Below are positions 26,957 through 35,580 of a DNA stretch of 40,949 nt, in pieces. Position numbers and translations under genes: made by a program. A model generated the notes under the pieces. The model was not told the DNA's origin, searched no databases, and was given only the letters and a program-made list of their open reading frames with translations. This DNA comes from an uncultured Oscillospiraceae bacterium (lineage in GTDB: Bacteria > Bacillota > Clostridia > Oscillospirales > Oscillospiraceae), in assembly GCA_964604925.1 (NCBI GenBank), contig CAZSAZ010000001.1, positions 1 through 40,949 of the forward strand, written 5' to 3'. Within the stretch, counting starts at the first letter, position 1. Every line of letters begins with the position of its first letter.

Positions 26957-27742
26957 ATGCAATGCACCAGACTGAAAACCTATATGGAGACGGGACGGGT
27001 GGTTTTTCTTCCTGCCCGGGGAATCTGTCCCAATCCGGAACAACCCCGACAGGTGTTTGACGAGGAAGGGTTGGAGGAACTGGCGGCCTCCATCCGGGAA
27101 CATGGGATTCTCCAGCCCCTGTCCGTGCGTCGGGTGGGAAACCGCTATGAACTCATTGCCGGGGAGCGGCGGCTTCGGGCGGCACAAAAGGCGGGATTGA
27201 CGGAGATTCCCTGTATTGTGATGAATTTGGAGGAAGGGGAATCCGGGGTTGTGGCTCTGGTGGAGAATTTGCAACGGAAGGATCTGGATTTTGTGGAGGA
27301 GGCTCTGGGGCTGTCTCGGCTGATCCAGCTACGGGGGTTAAGCCAAGAGCAGGCGGCTCGATTGATTGGCAAGAGCCAAAGTGCCGTGGCCAATAAACTT
27401 CGCCTCCTGCGACATTCGCCCCAGGTGCTCCAAGCCATCCGGGAGGGGAATCTGACCGAACGCCATGCCCGGGCGTTGCTCCGGCTGGAGGACGAAAATC
27501 AGAAGCTGGAAGCAATCGGAGTCATCCTTCGCCAGGGGTTGAGTGTGGCACGCACAGAACGATATATCCAGCAAATGCTCCACCGGGAGGAATCTGCCTC
27601 CCCGGGACGGGTCAATGTGGGGGGATTTCTCAACTACCTGAACCAGTCCATGGCTCGGATGCAGGCGGCGGGAATCGGAGCGGTGTCCCAACGCCGGGAG
27701 ACGGAACGGGAGATTGTTGTGACCATTACCATCCCAAAATAG
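26957..27742 (+). CDS. noc: ParB/Spo0J-family protein with Noc-type HTH (nucleoid occlusion protein-like)
   Basis: PNPEQPR..F, GILQP, YELIAGERRLRA, ENLQRKDL, GKSQSAVANKLRLL and TERHARALL; SD AAAGGGG before ATG 26957. Confidence 0.8.
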   Translation: MQCTRLKTYMETGRVVFLPARGICPNPEQPRQVFDEEGLEELAASIREHGILQPLSVRRVGNRYELIAGERRLRAAQKAGLTEIPCIVMNLEEGESGVVALVENLQRKDLDFVEEALGLSRLIQLRGLSQEQAARLIGKSQSAVANKLRLLRHSPQVLQAIREGNLTERHARALLRLEDENQKLEAIGVILRQGLSVARTERYIQQMLHREESASPGRVNVGGFLNYLNQSMARMQAAGIGAVSQRRETEREIVVTITIPK

Positions 27743-27815
27743 GAAAATCAAACAAATTCAACAGAAAACTCCTGGAAATTCCCGGAAAATTTGAAGGGCA
27801 TCTGGAATAAAAAGA

Positions 27816-27844
27816 TTGCATTTTGGGATTTGGTGTGATATAAA
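27816..27844 (+). promoter_or_regulatory. Probable sigma-A promoter of typA
   Basis: TTGCAT-17 bp-TATAAA with extended TG. Confidence 0.55.
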
Positions 27845-27897
27845 AGTACGTTGAGAGAACATTCGATATCATACGTCAAAAAGGAGACGAAGTGCAT

Positions 27898-29730
27898 ATG
27901 CCCAAGCGGGAAAATATTCGAAATATTGCCATTATTGCCCACGTTGACCACGGTAAGACCACCCTGGTGGACGAAATGCTGAAGCAGGGCGGCATCTATC
28001 GGGAAAATCAGGCTACGGTGGATCGGGTCATGGACTCCGGCGATTTGGAGCGAGAGCGTGGCATTACCATCCTGGCAAAAAATACTTCCATTTACTACAA
28101 GGACACCAAGATTAACATCGTGGATACCCCGGGCCACGCTGACTTCGGCGGCGAGGTGGAGCGGATCCTGAAGATGGTCAACGGCGTCATTCTGCTGGTT
28201 GATGCTGCCGAAGGCCCCATGCCCCAGACCCGGTTCGTTCTGCAAAAGGCCCTGGAGCTGGGTCACAAGGTCATTGTGGCGGTGAACAAGGTGGACAAGC
28301 CCGATGCCCGGGTTCATGAGGTCATGGACGAGGTGTTGGAGCTGCTGCTGGATCTGGACGCCACTGATGAGCAGTTCAACTCTCCCACGGTGTTTTGCTC
28401 CGGTCGCCAGGGTACGGCATCCTATGGCCCCGATGAGGCCGGTACCGATCTGGTGCCCCTGTTTGAAACCATCGTCAACTACATTCCCGCTCCCGAGGGA
28501 GATGAGAATGAGCCTTTGCAGTTGCTGGTATCCTCCATTGACTACAATGAGTATGTGGGTCGGATCGCAGTGGGGCGGATCGAGCGGGGTACCATCAAGG
28601 TTAACCAGGAGGTCACCATCTGCGATTACCACGACGAGTCTGTGAAGCAGAAGGCCAAGGTTGTGGCACTGTATGAGTATGACGGTCTGGGGAAGAATCC
28701 CATCCAGACGGCTTCTGCCGGTGAGATTGTGGCACTGTCTGGTATTGCGGACATTACCATTGGCCGTACCATTTGCGCCCCGGAGCGGATCGAGGCACTG
28801 CCCTTTGTGAAGATCAGCGAGCCCACCATTGAGATGACCTTTGCGGTCAACGACTCTCCCTTTGCCGGACGGGAAGGCAAATATGTCACCTCCCGGAACC
28901 TGCGGGATCGGCTGGAAAAGGAACTGATGAAGGATGTGTCCCTCCGGGTGACGGAGCAGGGCACCGATGCCTTTAATGTGGCTGGTCGAGGCGAAATGCA
29001 CCTGTCCATTTTGATGGAGACGATGCGCCGGGAAGGCTACGAGTTCTCCGTGTCCACCCCCCGTGTGCTGACCCGGGAGATTGATGGCAAGCTCTGCGAA
29101 CCCATCGAGCGGATGGTGGCCGATGTGCCGGAGGAGTGCATGGGTGCCGTCATTGAGAAAATGGGCCGCCGGAAGGGCGATCTGCTGGGAATGACTCCGG
29201 TGGGCAACCGGTATCGTCTGGAGTTCATGGTTCCGTCTCGTGGCCTGTTTGGCTACCGGAATGAATTCCTCACCGACACTCGCGGCGAGGGCATTATGAG
29301 TTCCGTGCTGGATTCCTATGCTCCCATGAAGGGGGAAATTGAGCGTCGCCTGGTTGGCTCCTTGATTGCGTTTGAGACAGGTGAGGCTTGCTCCTATGGC
29401 CTGTTCAACGCCCAGGAGCGGGGTGCCCTGTTTATTGGCGCCGGTACGCCGGTTTATGCCGGTATGGTGGTCGGCGTGTGCAGTCGAAACGAGGATATGA
29501 CCGTCAATGTCTGCAAGAAGAAGCAGTTGACCAATATGCGTGCCGCCGGTTCCGATGAGGCCCTGCGGCTGGTGACGCCCCGGGTTTACTCCCTGGAGCA
29601 GTGCCTGGAATTCCTGGCGGATGACGAGCTTTTGGAGTGTACCCCCAAGAACCTGCGGATCCGGAAACGGGAACTGGATCACGCCACCCGGATGCGTCAG
29701 ACCATGAAGCGTCGGGCAGAACAGCAGTAA
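27898..29730 (+). CDS. typA: Translational GTPase TypA/BipA
   Basis: [54 protein letters not shown] and [14 protein letters not shown]; alternative GTG at 27892. Confidence 0.98.
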   Translation: MPKRENIRNIAIIAHVDHGKTTLVDEMLKQGGIYRENQATVDRVMDSGDLERERGITILAKNTSIYYKDTKINIVDTPGHADFGGEVERILKMVNGVILLVDAAEGPMPQTRFVLQKALELGHKVIVAVNKVDKPDARVHEVMDEVLELLLDLDATDEQFNSPTVFCSGRQGTASYGPDEAGTDLVPLFETIVNYIPAPEGDENEPLQLLVSSIDYNEYVGRIAVGRIERGTIKVNQEVTICDYHDESVKQKAKVVALYEYDGLGKNPIQTASAGEIVALSGIADITIGRTICAPERIEALPFVKISEPTIEMTFAVNDSPFAGREGKYVTSRNLRDRLEKELMKDVSLRVTEQGTDAFNVAGRGEMHLSILMETMRREGYEFSVSTPRVLTREIDGKLCEPIERMVADVPEECMGAVIEKMGRRKGDLLGMTPVGNRYRLEFMVPSRGLFGYRNEFLTDTRGEGIMSSVLDSYAPMKGEIERRLVGSLIAFETGEACSYGLFNAQERGALFIGAGTPVYAGMVVGVCSRNEDMTVNVCKKKQLTNMRAAGSDEALRLVTPRVYSLEQCLEFLADDELLECTPKNLRIRKRELDHATRMRQTMKRRAEQQ

Positions 29731-29742
29731 GAAATCAAATAC

Positions 29743-29780
29743 AAACCGCCAGGGTTCCGGAAAGGAACCCTGGCGGTTTT
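29743..29780. terminator. Bidirectional intrinsic terminator
   Basis: AAACCGCCAGGGTTCC-ggaaa-GGAACCCTGGCGGTTT between convergent genes. Confidence 0.85.
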
Positions 29781-29795
29781 CAGCGTTATGGAAGA

Positions 29796-30698
29796 TCAAT
29801 AGGTCAGTCCTTTGGGGTAGAAGAACCGGATTTTGTGGGGGGAGACCCGGCAATCGGCCACGGCGGTGTTGAGAATCTCTCCGTCCAAATTGATGGGAGT
29901 TTCTCCGTCGCAGGTGATACGGATGGCATCGGTGCGGATATGCCGTACCAGTTGTGGCATTTCCTGGTACCGACCGGCTTTGTATTTGCCTACCACACCG
30001 GCCACCTGGAACAGGTTCAGCTTCTTCACGATGAGCACATCCAGCAGACCGTCTGCTGGGTCGGCATCGGGGACGGCGTAGAACCCACCGCCATACCACC
30101 GGGCATTGGCAATGCAGATCATGGTCTGGCGATCGTCGATCACCTCGCCGTTCACTTCGATGACATAGTGTTCGGAGATTCCCTGAACCACGTTGACCAC
30201 CGTGGACATGACATAGGCACCGGAGCCGGAGACATGGGGCAGATGCTTGTACTCCGCCATTTTGTTGCCCACCCGGGCATCCAGGCCCACACAGCAAATA
30301 TTCAGTGCATAGCTTCCGTTGATGTCAATTAGGTCAAACTCTGTTTCTTCGGCATCCAGAAGCCGCTCCAGACTCCGGAAGGCATCGGGCTCGGAGAAAA
30401 TCTTGACAAAATCGTTGCCGCTTCCGGCAACATATACGGTGACGGCCACATTGGGGAATCCGGCGGCACCATTCACCGCCTCATTCAGGGTGCCGTCTCC
30501 GCCACAGGCGTAGACCCGAATTTCTTTTCCGGTCTCGGCAGCCTCCCGGGTGATGCGGGTGATATCTCCGGGGGCGGTGGAATGGGCAATGCGGTAGGAA
30601 AGACCCTTCTTCTCGCACAGGGTTTGGATCAATGCGGAATACTCAATGGTCTTGTCCACCTTGCCTGCGGCGGGGTTGATGATAAAAAGATGTTCCAT
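29796..30698 (-). CDS. Diacylglycerol/lipid kinase family protein (YegS/DagK-like)
   Basis: IINPAAG, GGDGTLNEAVNG, GSGNDF, ANARWYGGG, DGLLDV and NLDGE. Confidence 0.92.
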   Translation of the reverse strand: MEHLFIINPAAGKVDKTIEYSALIQTLCEKKGLSYRIAHSTAPGDITRITREAAETGKEIRVYACGGDGTLNEAVNGAAGFPNVAVTVYVAGSGNDFVKIFSEPDAFRSLERLLDAEETEFDLIDINGSYALNICCVGLDARVGNKMAEYKHLPHVSGSGAYVMSTVVNVVQGISEHYVIEVNGEVIDDRQTMICIANARWYGGGFYAVPDADPADGLLDVLIVKKLNLFQVAGVVGKYKAGRYQEMPQLVRHIRTDAIRITCDGETPINLDGEILNTAVADCRVSPHKIRFFYPKGLTY

Positions 30699-30734
30699 GA
30701 ATTGCTCTCTCCCATGGGCTTGGAAAAGCCAATG

Positions 30735-31883
30735 TTATTTCTTGTTTTTCCCGGGGAACCGTCTGTCCTGACCCAGATACATATAGTAGTCACACTTAAT
30801 CATACCGTTGTAGAGCTTCCGCTTCTTGTCGGCACGCTTGCCGAAATAATGCTCGAATTCCGGCTCAGAAGTGATGATATACTTTTTCCAGCCATCTGCA
30901 AACTTCAGGTGCCGCCCCAGAGCCTGGTACAATCGCTGTGCATTCTGGCGATCCATCATCCGTTCTCCGTAGGGGGGATTGCAGATGATGACACCGGACT
31001 CGGCAGGCAGACTCATCTTGGTGGCATCTCCATCTTTGAAGGTGATGAGCTTTCCAACACCCGCTTTCCGGGCATTGGCCATGGCCAGAGAGACGCTTTT
31101 GGGATCGTTGTCCGAGCCCAGGATCCGGTATTCTCCATGGAATTCCTTATCCAGCGCCTCGCTGCGGACGTTGCGCCAAACCTGGGGATCCACCCAGTGG
31201 AACTTCTCACTGGCAAAGCTACGGTTCATGCCTGGAGCCCGGTTGATGGCGATGAGGGCAGCCTCGATGGGAATGGTACCGGAGCCGCAGAAGGGATCCC
31301 AAATGAAATCCCGGCCACGATACCGGGTCAACTGAACCATGGCGGCAGCCAGGGTCTCCCGCAGGGGGGCATCGTTGCCCACGGCCCGGTAGCCACGCTT
31401 GTGCAGACCAACACCGGAGGTATCCAGATACAATGTAACCTGATCGTGCATGATGGAGAACTGGAGCTGATGCTTCACGCCATCCTCAGGCAGCCAGGAA
31501 ATACCGTATTTTTCTCCCAAACGGCGGGAAGCGGCCTTTTTGATAATCGCCTGGCAGTCGGGGACGGACATAAGCTGGGAATTCAGACAGTGACCCTTCA
31601 CAGGGAAGGCACCATTCTGGGGAATGTAATCCTCCAAAGGTGTACGGTAGACACCCTGGAACAGATCTTCAAAGGTGGTAGCCTTGAAAGAGGCCAGCAC
31701 CAGCAGCACTCGCTCACCGGTGCGCAGATTCAGGTTGGCTTTGGCCATGGCGGTTTCGTCACCGGAAAACAGGACACGCCCGTTTTCCACCTGGACGTTG
31801 TTCAGATCCATGCGGCGGAGTTCGTCTCCCGCCAGACCCTCCAGACCAAAGAGGGTGGGCACCGCAAACAGCATTTCGTTCAT
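30735..31883 (-). CDS. THUMP-domain SAM-dependent RNA methyltransferase (RlmL/YpsC-like)
   Basis: FGLE, NLRTGERV, DTSGVGLHKRGYR, APLRETLAAA, DPFCGSGTIPIEAA, NPPYGER and RKLYNG; ATG 31883 follows SD AGGAGG. Confidence 0.93.
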   Translation of the reverse strand: MNEMLFAVPTLFGLEGLAGDELRRMDLNNVQVENGRVLFSGDETAMAKANLNLRTGERVLLVLASFKATTFEDLFQGVYRTPLEDYIPQNGAFPVKGHCLNSQLMSVPDCQAIIKKAASRRLGEKYGISWLPEDGVKHQLQFSIMHDQVTLYLDTSGVGLHKRGYRAVGNDAPLRETLAAAMVQLTRYRGRDFIWDPFCGSGTIPIEAALIAINRAPGMNRSFASEKFHWVDPQVWRNVRSEALDKEFHGEYRILGSDNDPKSVSLAMANARKAGVGKLITFKDGDATKMSLPAESGVIICNPPYGERMMDRQNAQRLYQALGRHLKFADGWKKYIITSEPEFEHYFGKRADKKRKLYNGMIKCDYYMYLGQDRRFPGKNKK

Positions 31884-32174
31884 ATAACCTCCTGACGGTT
31901 TCCCGTCTATGCTCATTTTTCCAATAGTATACCGCATTTTTCTCCCAATGGCAATGAATATTTCCGTGGATGGTTGGTTTTTCTCCATTTTTCTGTATTT
32001 AGCCGAGTCTGGGGAAGGATATGGTGAAGAAAATGGAATCTTAAGAATTCTTAAATCGATATAAAAATACTTTTATTTTTCTAAAAATGGAAAATATGCC
32101 GATTTTGTGGATAAAAACCAGTCGAAATCACGCAAATTATGGAAATATCAGGAGAAAATGCGGTGTGAGACAGA

Positions 32175-32203
32175 TTGACGTTTTTGTGGAAATCTGGTAC
32201 AGT
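32175..32203 (+). promoter_or_regulatory. Probable sigma-A promoter of the nfeD-SPFH operon
   Basis: TTGACG-17 bp-TACAGT with extended TG. Confidence 0.55.
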
Positions 32204-32249
32204 AAAGACAGCCCAATTAGCAAGCGTGGCTGAAAAAGGAGGTATCACA

Positions 32250-32705
32250 ATGAATTGGGAAGCAATTTTTTGGCTGGCTGCAATGGTCGTATTCCTGCTG
32301 GCTGAGGCCGCAACGGTGACACTGGTGTCTATCTGGTTTGCGGCCGGTGCTCTGGTCGCCATTGTGGTTGCCCTCCTGGGAGGCGGTGTGGTGCTGGAAG
32401 TGATGGCATTTCTGGTAACGGCATCGTTGCTGCTGATTTTCCTGCGTACCATGGTGCGTCGGTTTCTACAGCCGCGGATGGTCCGAACCAATGTGGATGC
32501 CATTGTGGGAACCACCGGATTCGTCTCCACCCCCATTAACAACGTGGCCGCCCATGGCCAGGTGAAACTGGGGGGCATGGAGTGGTCTGCCCGCTCCACC
32601 ACCGGAGCTCATTTGCCCGAGGGGGCACTGGTTCAGGTGGATCGGGTGGAGGGAGTGAAGGTTTACGTCTCCCTGGTGGAGGAATCGATCTCCCAAGAAG
32701 TGTAA
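32250..32705 (+). CDS. NfeD-family membrane protein (short form)
   Basis: Hydrophobic N-terminus W...AE......SIWFAAGA, then OB-fold TNVDAIVG...GQVKLGGMEWSARS...VEGVKVYV; SD AAAGGAGG. Confidence 0.9.
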   Translation: MNWEAIFWLAAMVVFLLAEAATVTLVSIWFAAGALVAIVVALLGGGVVLEVMAFLVTASLLLIFLRTMVRRFLQPRMVRTNVDAIVGTTGFVSTPINNVAAHGQVKLGGMEWSARSTTGAHLPEGALVQVDRVEGVKVYVSLVEESISQEV

Positions 32706-32732
32706 TCGTCATCGGGGTAAGGAGGAACTATT

Positions 32733-33659
32733 ATGGATTTTTTGATCGTCATTGGCGCAATCGTACTCATTGCGATTTGCATTGTCGTTAGTAACATCTC
32801 CGTAGTGCAACAGTCTCGAGCCTATGTCATTGAGCGGCTGGGTGCATTCCATACTGTGTGGGGTGTGGGCCTCCATGTAAAGATTCCCTTCCTGGATCGA
32901 GTCGCCCGTCGAGTCAGCCTGAAGGAGCAAGTTTTGGATTATCCTCCCCAGCCGGTGATCACCAAGGATAACGTTACCATGCAGATCGATACGGTGGTCT
33001 ATTTCCAGATCACCGACCCCAAGCTCTATACCTATGGCGTGGAGCAGCCTATGATGGCTATGGAGACCCTGACTGCAACCACCCTGCGAAACATCATTGG
33101 TGATTTGGAGCTGGATCAGACCTTGACCAGCCGTGATGTGGTGAATACCAAAATGCGTGCCATTCTGGATGAGGCCACTGATCCTTGGGGCATTAAGGTC
33201 AACCGGGTGGAACTGAAGAACATTTTGCCTCCAACGGATATTCAGAACTCCATGGAAAAGCAGATGAAGGCAGAACGTGATCGCCGTCAGGCCATCTTGC
33301 AGGCCGAGGGCTCCAAGAAGTCTGCCATCCTCATTGCAGAAGGCGAACGGGAATCTGCCATTCTCCGTGCAGATGCAGAAAAGCAGGCCGCCATTTTGCA
33401 GGCAGAGGCAGAGCGTCAGGCAGCAATTTTGAAGGCCGAAGGCGAGGCTGAGGCCATCCGTCAGGTGCAGCAGGCTCTGGCTGATTCTTTGAAGATGCTC
33501 AATGAGTCCGCCCCCAATGACCAGGTGGTGAAGCTCAAGGCCATTGAGGCCATGGAAAAGGTGGCAGACGGCAAGGCAACGAAGATCATCATCCCCAGTG
33601 AGATCCAGGGGCTGGTTGGCTTGGCCAACGGTCTGGTGGAAGGTGCCAAGGGGGAATGA
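32733..33659 (+). CDS. SPFH/band-7 (stomatin/QmcA-like) protein
   Basis: IERLG, PQPVITKDNV, TTLRNIIG, DPWGIKVNRVELK, QMKAER and AEG/AEA repeats. Confidence 0.95.
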   Translation: MDFLIVIGAIVLIAICIVVSNISVVQQSRAYVIERLGAFHTVWGVGLHVKIPFLDRVARRVSLKEQVLDYPPQPVITKDNVTMQIDTVVYFQITDPKLYTYGVEQPMMAMETLTATTLRNIIGDLELDQTLTSRDVVNTKMRAILDEATDPWGIKVNRVELKNILPPTDIQNSMEKQMKAERDRRQAILQAEGSKKSAILIAEGERESAILRADAEKQAAILQAEAERQAAILKAEGEAEAIRQVQQALADSLKMLNESAPNDQVVKLKAIEAMEKVADGKATKIIIPSEIQGLVGLANGLVEGAKGE

Positions 33660-33681
33660 TCCCCCAAAGGAGGGAAACGAC

Positions 33682-33867
33682 ATGACAAAAGCCAGGCTCT
33701 TTCTCCCGGGACTGTTGGTGCTGGGATTATTGGGGGGAATGGTTCGATTTTGGGGCAGCATCGGTAGCTGTGCCATTGGGCTGAGCTTGATTTTGATGGT
33801 GACGGAGTTGATTTGGCAACAGATCATGGGTACCCGGGATGAATCGGACTTCCAGGGGGAGATGTGA
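33682..33867 (+). CDS. Small hypothetical membrane protein (61 aa, two hydrophobic segments)
   Basis: Strong SD AAAGGAGG before ATG 33682; 22 nt downstream of the SPFH stop. Confidence 0.55.
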   Translation: MTKARLFLPGLLVLGLLGGMVRFWGSIGSCAIGLSLILMVTELIWQQIMGTRDESDFQGEM

Positions 33868-33869
33868 CC

Positions 33870-34076
33870 ATGGGACAAGGAAACAACACACCGTGGTATC
33901 TTCGATTATGGGACGTGCTGAGAAAGAACATGGCCTACCGCACCACCCCTGGATGTACCACCTGCCTGGGCCCCATTGTGGATGAAAGTGGCACACCGGT
34001 GGTGGCACATTGCAGCCAGGATGGAGCCGGACAGGAAGAGATGGAAGAAAACTGGAAAAATTTGGAAAAAATATAA
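33870..34076 (+). CDS. Small hypothetical protein (68 aa, CxxC motif)
   Basis: SD GGGGGAG before ATG 33870 (or GTG 33864 overlapping the upstream TGA); contains GCTTCLG. Confidence 0.4.
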   Translation: MGQGNNTPWYLRLWDVLRKNMAYRTTPGCTTCLGPIVDESGTPVVAHCSQDGAGQEEMEENWKNLEKI

Positions 34077-34113
34077 AAAATCTCTTTGCTTTTTCCTGGG
34101 AATCTTGTATAAT

Positions 34114-34152
34114 AATGGGGACACGTTCTGTGTCCCCATTCTTTATGTTTTT
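34114..34152 (+). terminator. Hairpin with U-rich tail, probable terminator of the nfeD-SPFH operon, overlapping the next promoter
   Basis: AATGGGGACAC-gttct-GTGTCCCCATT followed by CTTTATGTTTTTT; TATAAT at 34108-34113 lies directly before it. Confidence 0.55.
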
Positions 34153-34180
34153 TAGATTGATAGTGTCGGAGGCAAATGAC

Positions 34181-35338
34181 ATGATTGGAAATCTGAATCA
34201 GCTCTCCTTCCAGAGTTATGGCTTCATTGAGTCGGAACGAAGTTCTGTTCGGGATCTGGGGAAACGGGTCCCCAAAAGCCAAATCCTGGAATTGACCCAT
34301 GGAGACACCCCGGTGTATCGTGGAAGATACGACGTTTGGATGTGCAACAATGCCAATATGACAGTGTTGTCTGTTTCTCTTGATGGGGAACATTTTCAGC
34401 ATTTTTACCTGGACAAGGTGGTTTGCATCCGGCCCGGGATTTTCTTTGCCCTCCGGCCGTACCAGGAAACCTCCCAGGTGGAGCTGGCCTGTGACGAGGA
34501 GTGCCAGATGGTAAAGACAATCGCCTCTGGTGACCGGTTCCAGATTCGTCGGCACATTGTCATCGACAGTATTTATACCTTCTTCTACCAGGAAAAGGAG
34601 AAGGGATTCATCTTCCCCGGTGAAGTTCACAAGCCCATGGAGCTGACCTATGTGGACAAGGGGAGCATCCACTCTGTGGCAGATGGGAAGGATTATCTGC
34701 TTAACCAGGGAGATTTGGTGGTCTATGCCCCGGAACAGTGGCATATGCAGTACGCTGACGTGGATGTGAGTCCCAGCTTTATTACCATCACCTTCGATCT
34801 GGTGGGAGATTATCCCGAAAGCCTGGTGAACCGGAAGTTCACCATCCCCCAGTCGGCGGTTCCGGTGCTTCAGCGGATGCTGCGGGATCATGAGCGGATG
34901 GATGAATACTCTGAGGACAGCATGATTTGTTGCTTGCAGATGCTGCTTCTGACCCTGATGCGGGAGCAGATTGCCCCGGAGCGGACGAAACTTCGTACCG
35001 CGAATGCCATTAACAGCGAAAATGGAATCATCCGCCGGGCCCAGCAGTATGTCAGTGCCCATGTGCGGGAAAAACTCACGGTTCCTCTGGTGGCCCGCCA
35101 TGTGGATGTAAGCCCCAGTTACCTGACGGCCCTGTTCCGGAAGAATCTTCAGATTTCTCCCGGTGAATACATCCGCCGGGTCAAACTCCAGGAGAGCAAG
35201 CAGATGATCCGGGAGGATAACATGAATTTCACCGAAATTGCCGCTGCCCTGCAATACTCCACGGTGCATCATTTTTCCCGTCAGTTTAAGGACAAATTTG
35301 GAATCACCCCCACGGAATACGCGAAAAGCGTCCGATAA
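34181..35338 (+). CDS. AraC-family regulator with an extra N-terminal domain
   Basis: Central cupin FPGEVHKPMELTYVDKG...PEQWHMQ and C-terminal EIAAALQYSTVHHFSRQFKDKFGITPTEY; SD GGAGG before ATG 34181. Confidence 0.9.
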   Translation: MIGNLNQLSFQSYGFIESERSSVRDLGKRVPKSQILELTHGDTPVYRGRYDVWMCNNANMTVLSVSLDGEHFQHFYLDKVVCIRPGIFFALRPYQETSQVELACDEECQMVKTIASGDRFQIRRHIVIDSIYTFFYQEKEKGFIFPGEVHKPMELTYVDKGSIHSVADGKDYLLNQGDLVVYAPEQWHMQYADVDVSPSFITITFDLVGDYPESLVNRKFTIPQSAVPVLQRMLRDHERMDEYSEDSMICCLQMLLLTLMREQIAPERTKLRTANAINSENGIIRRAQQYVSAHVREKLTVPLVARHVDVSPSYLTALFRKNLQISPGEYIRRVKLQESKQMIREDNMNFTEIAAALQYSTVHHFSRQFKDKFGITPTEYAKSVR

Positions 35339-35351
35339 ATCCTGCTTTTTA

Positions 35352-35382
35352 CCCCCCTCCCAGACCGGGAGGGGGTTCTTTT
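35352..35382 (+). terminator. Intrinsic terminator
   Basis: CCCCCTCCC-agacc-GGGAGGGGG followed by TTCTTTT. Confidence 0.75.
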
Positions 35383-35464
35383 CGGTGAAATGTCGGAGAA
35401 TTTGGCATTTATTCCAATTTTCATGTTTTTTATTCGTGCATAGAGCTGAATTTTTTTAACCGTC

Positions 35465-35492
35465 TGGACAAACCACGGTGGGATGGTATAAT
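35465..35492 (+). promoter_or_regulatory. Sigma-A promoter of the nucleotidase gene
   Basis: TGGACA-16 bp-TATAAT with extended TG. Confidence 0.6.
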
Positions 35493-35580
35493 GAACTTGA
35501 TGCAAGGAATGTCCCGGGTGTTTGGACAACTTTGCAGGTTCGTAGGTACCAACGATTTTTTGAGAAAAGGAGCAAATACG

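Noticed and set aside
27748-30297. 849-aa minus-strand ORF
   Set aside because: Antisense shadow of typA plus an alternative frame of the lipid kinase gene.
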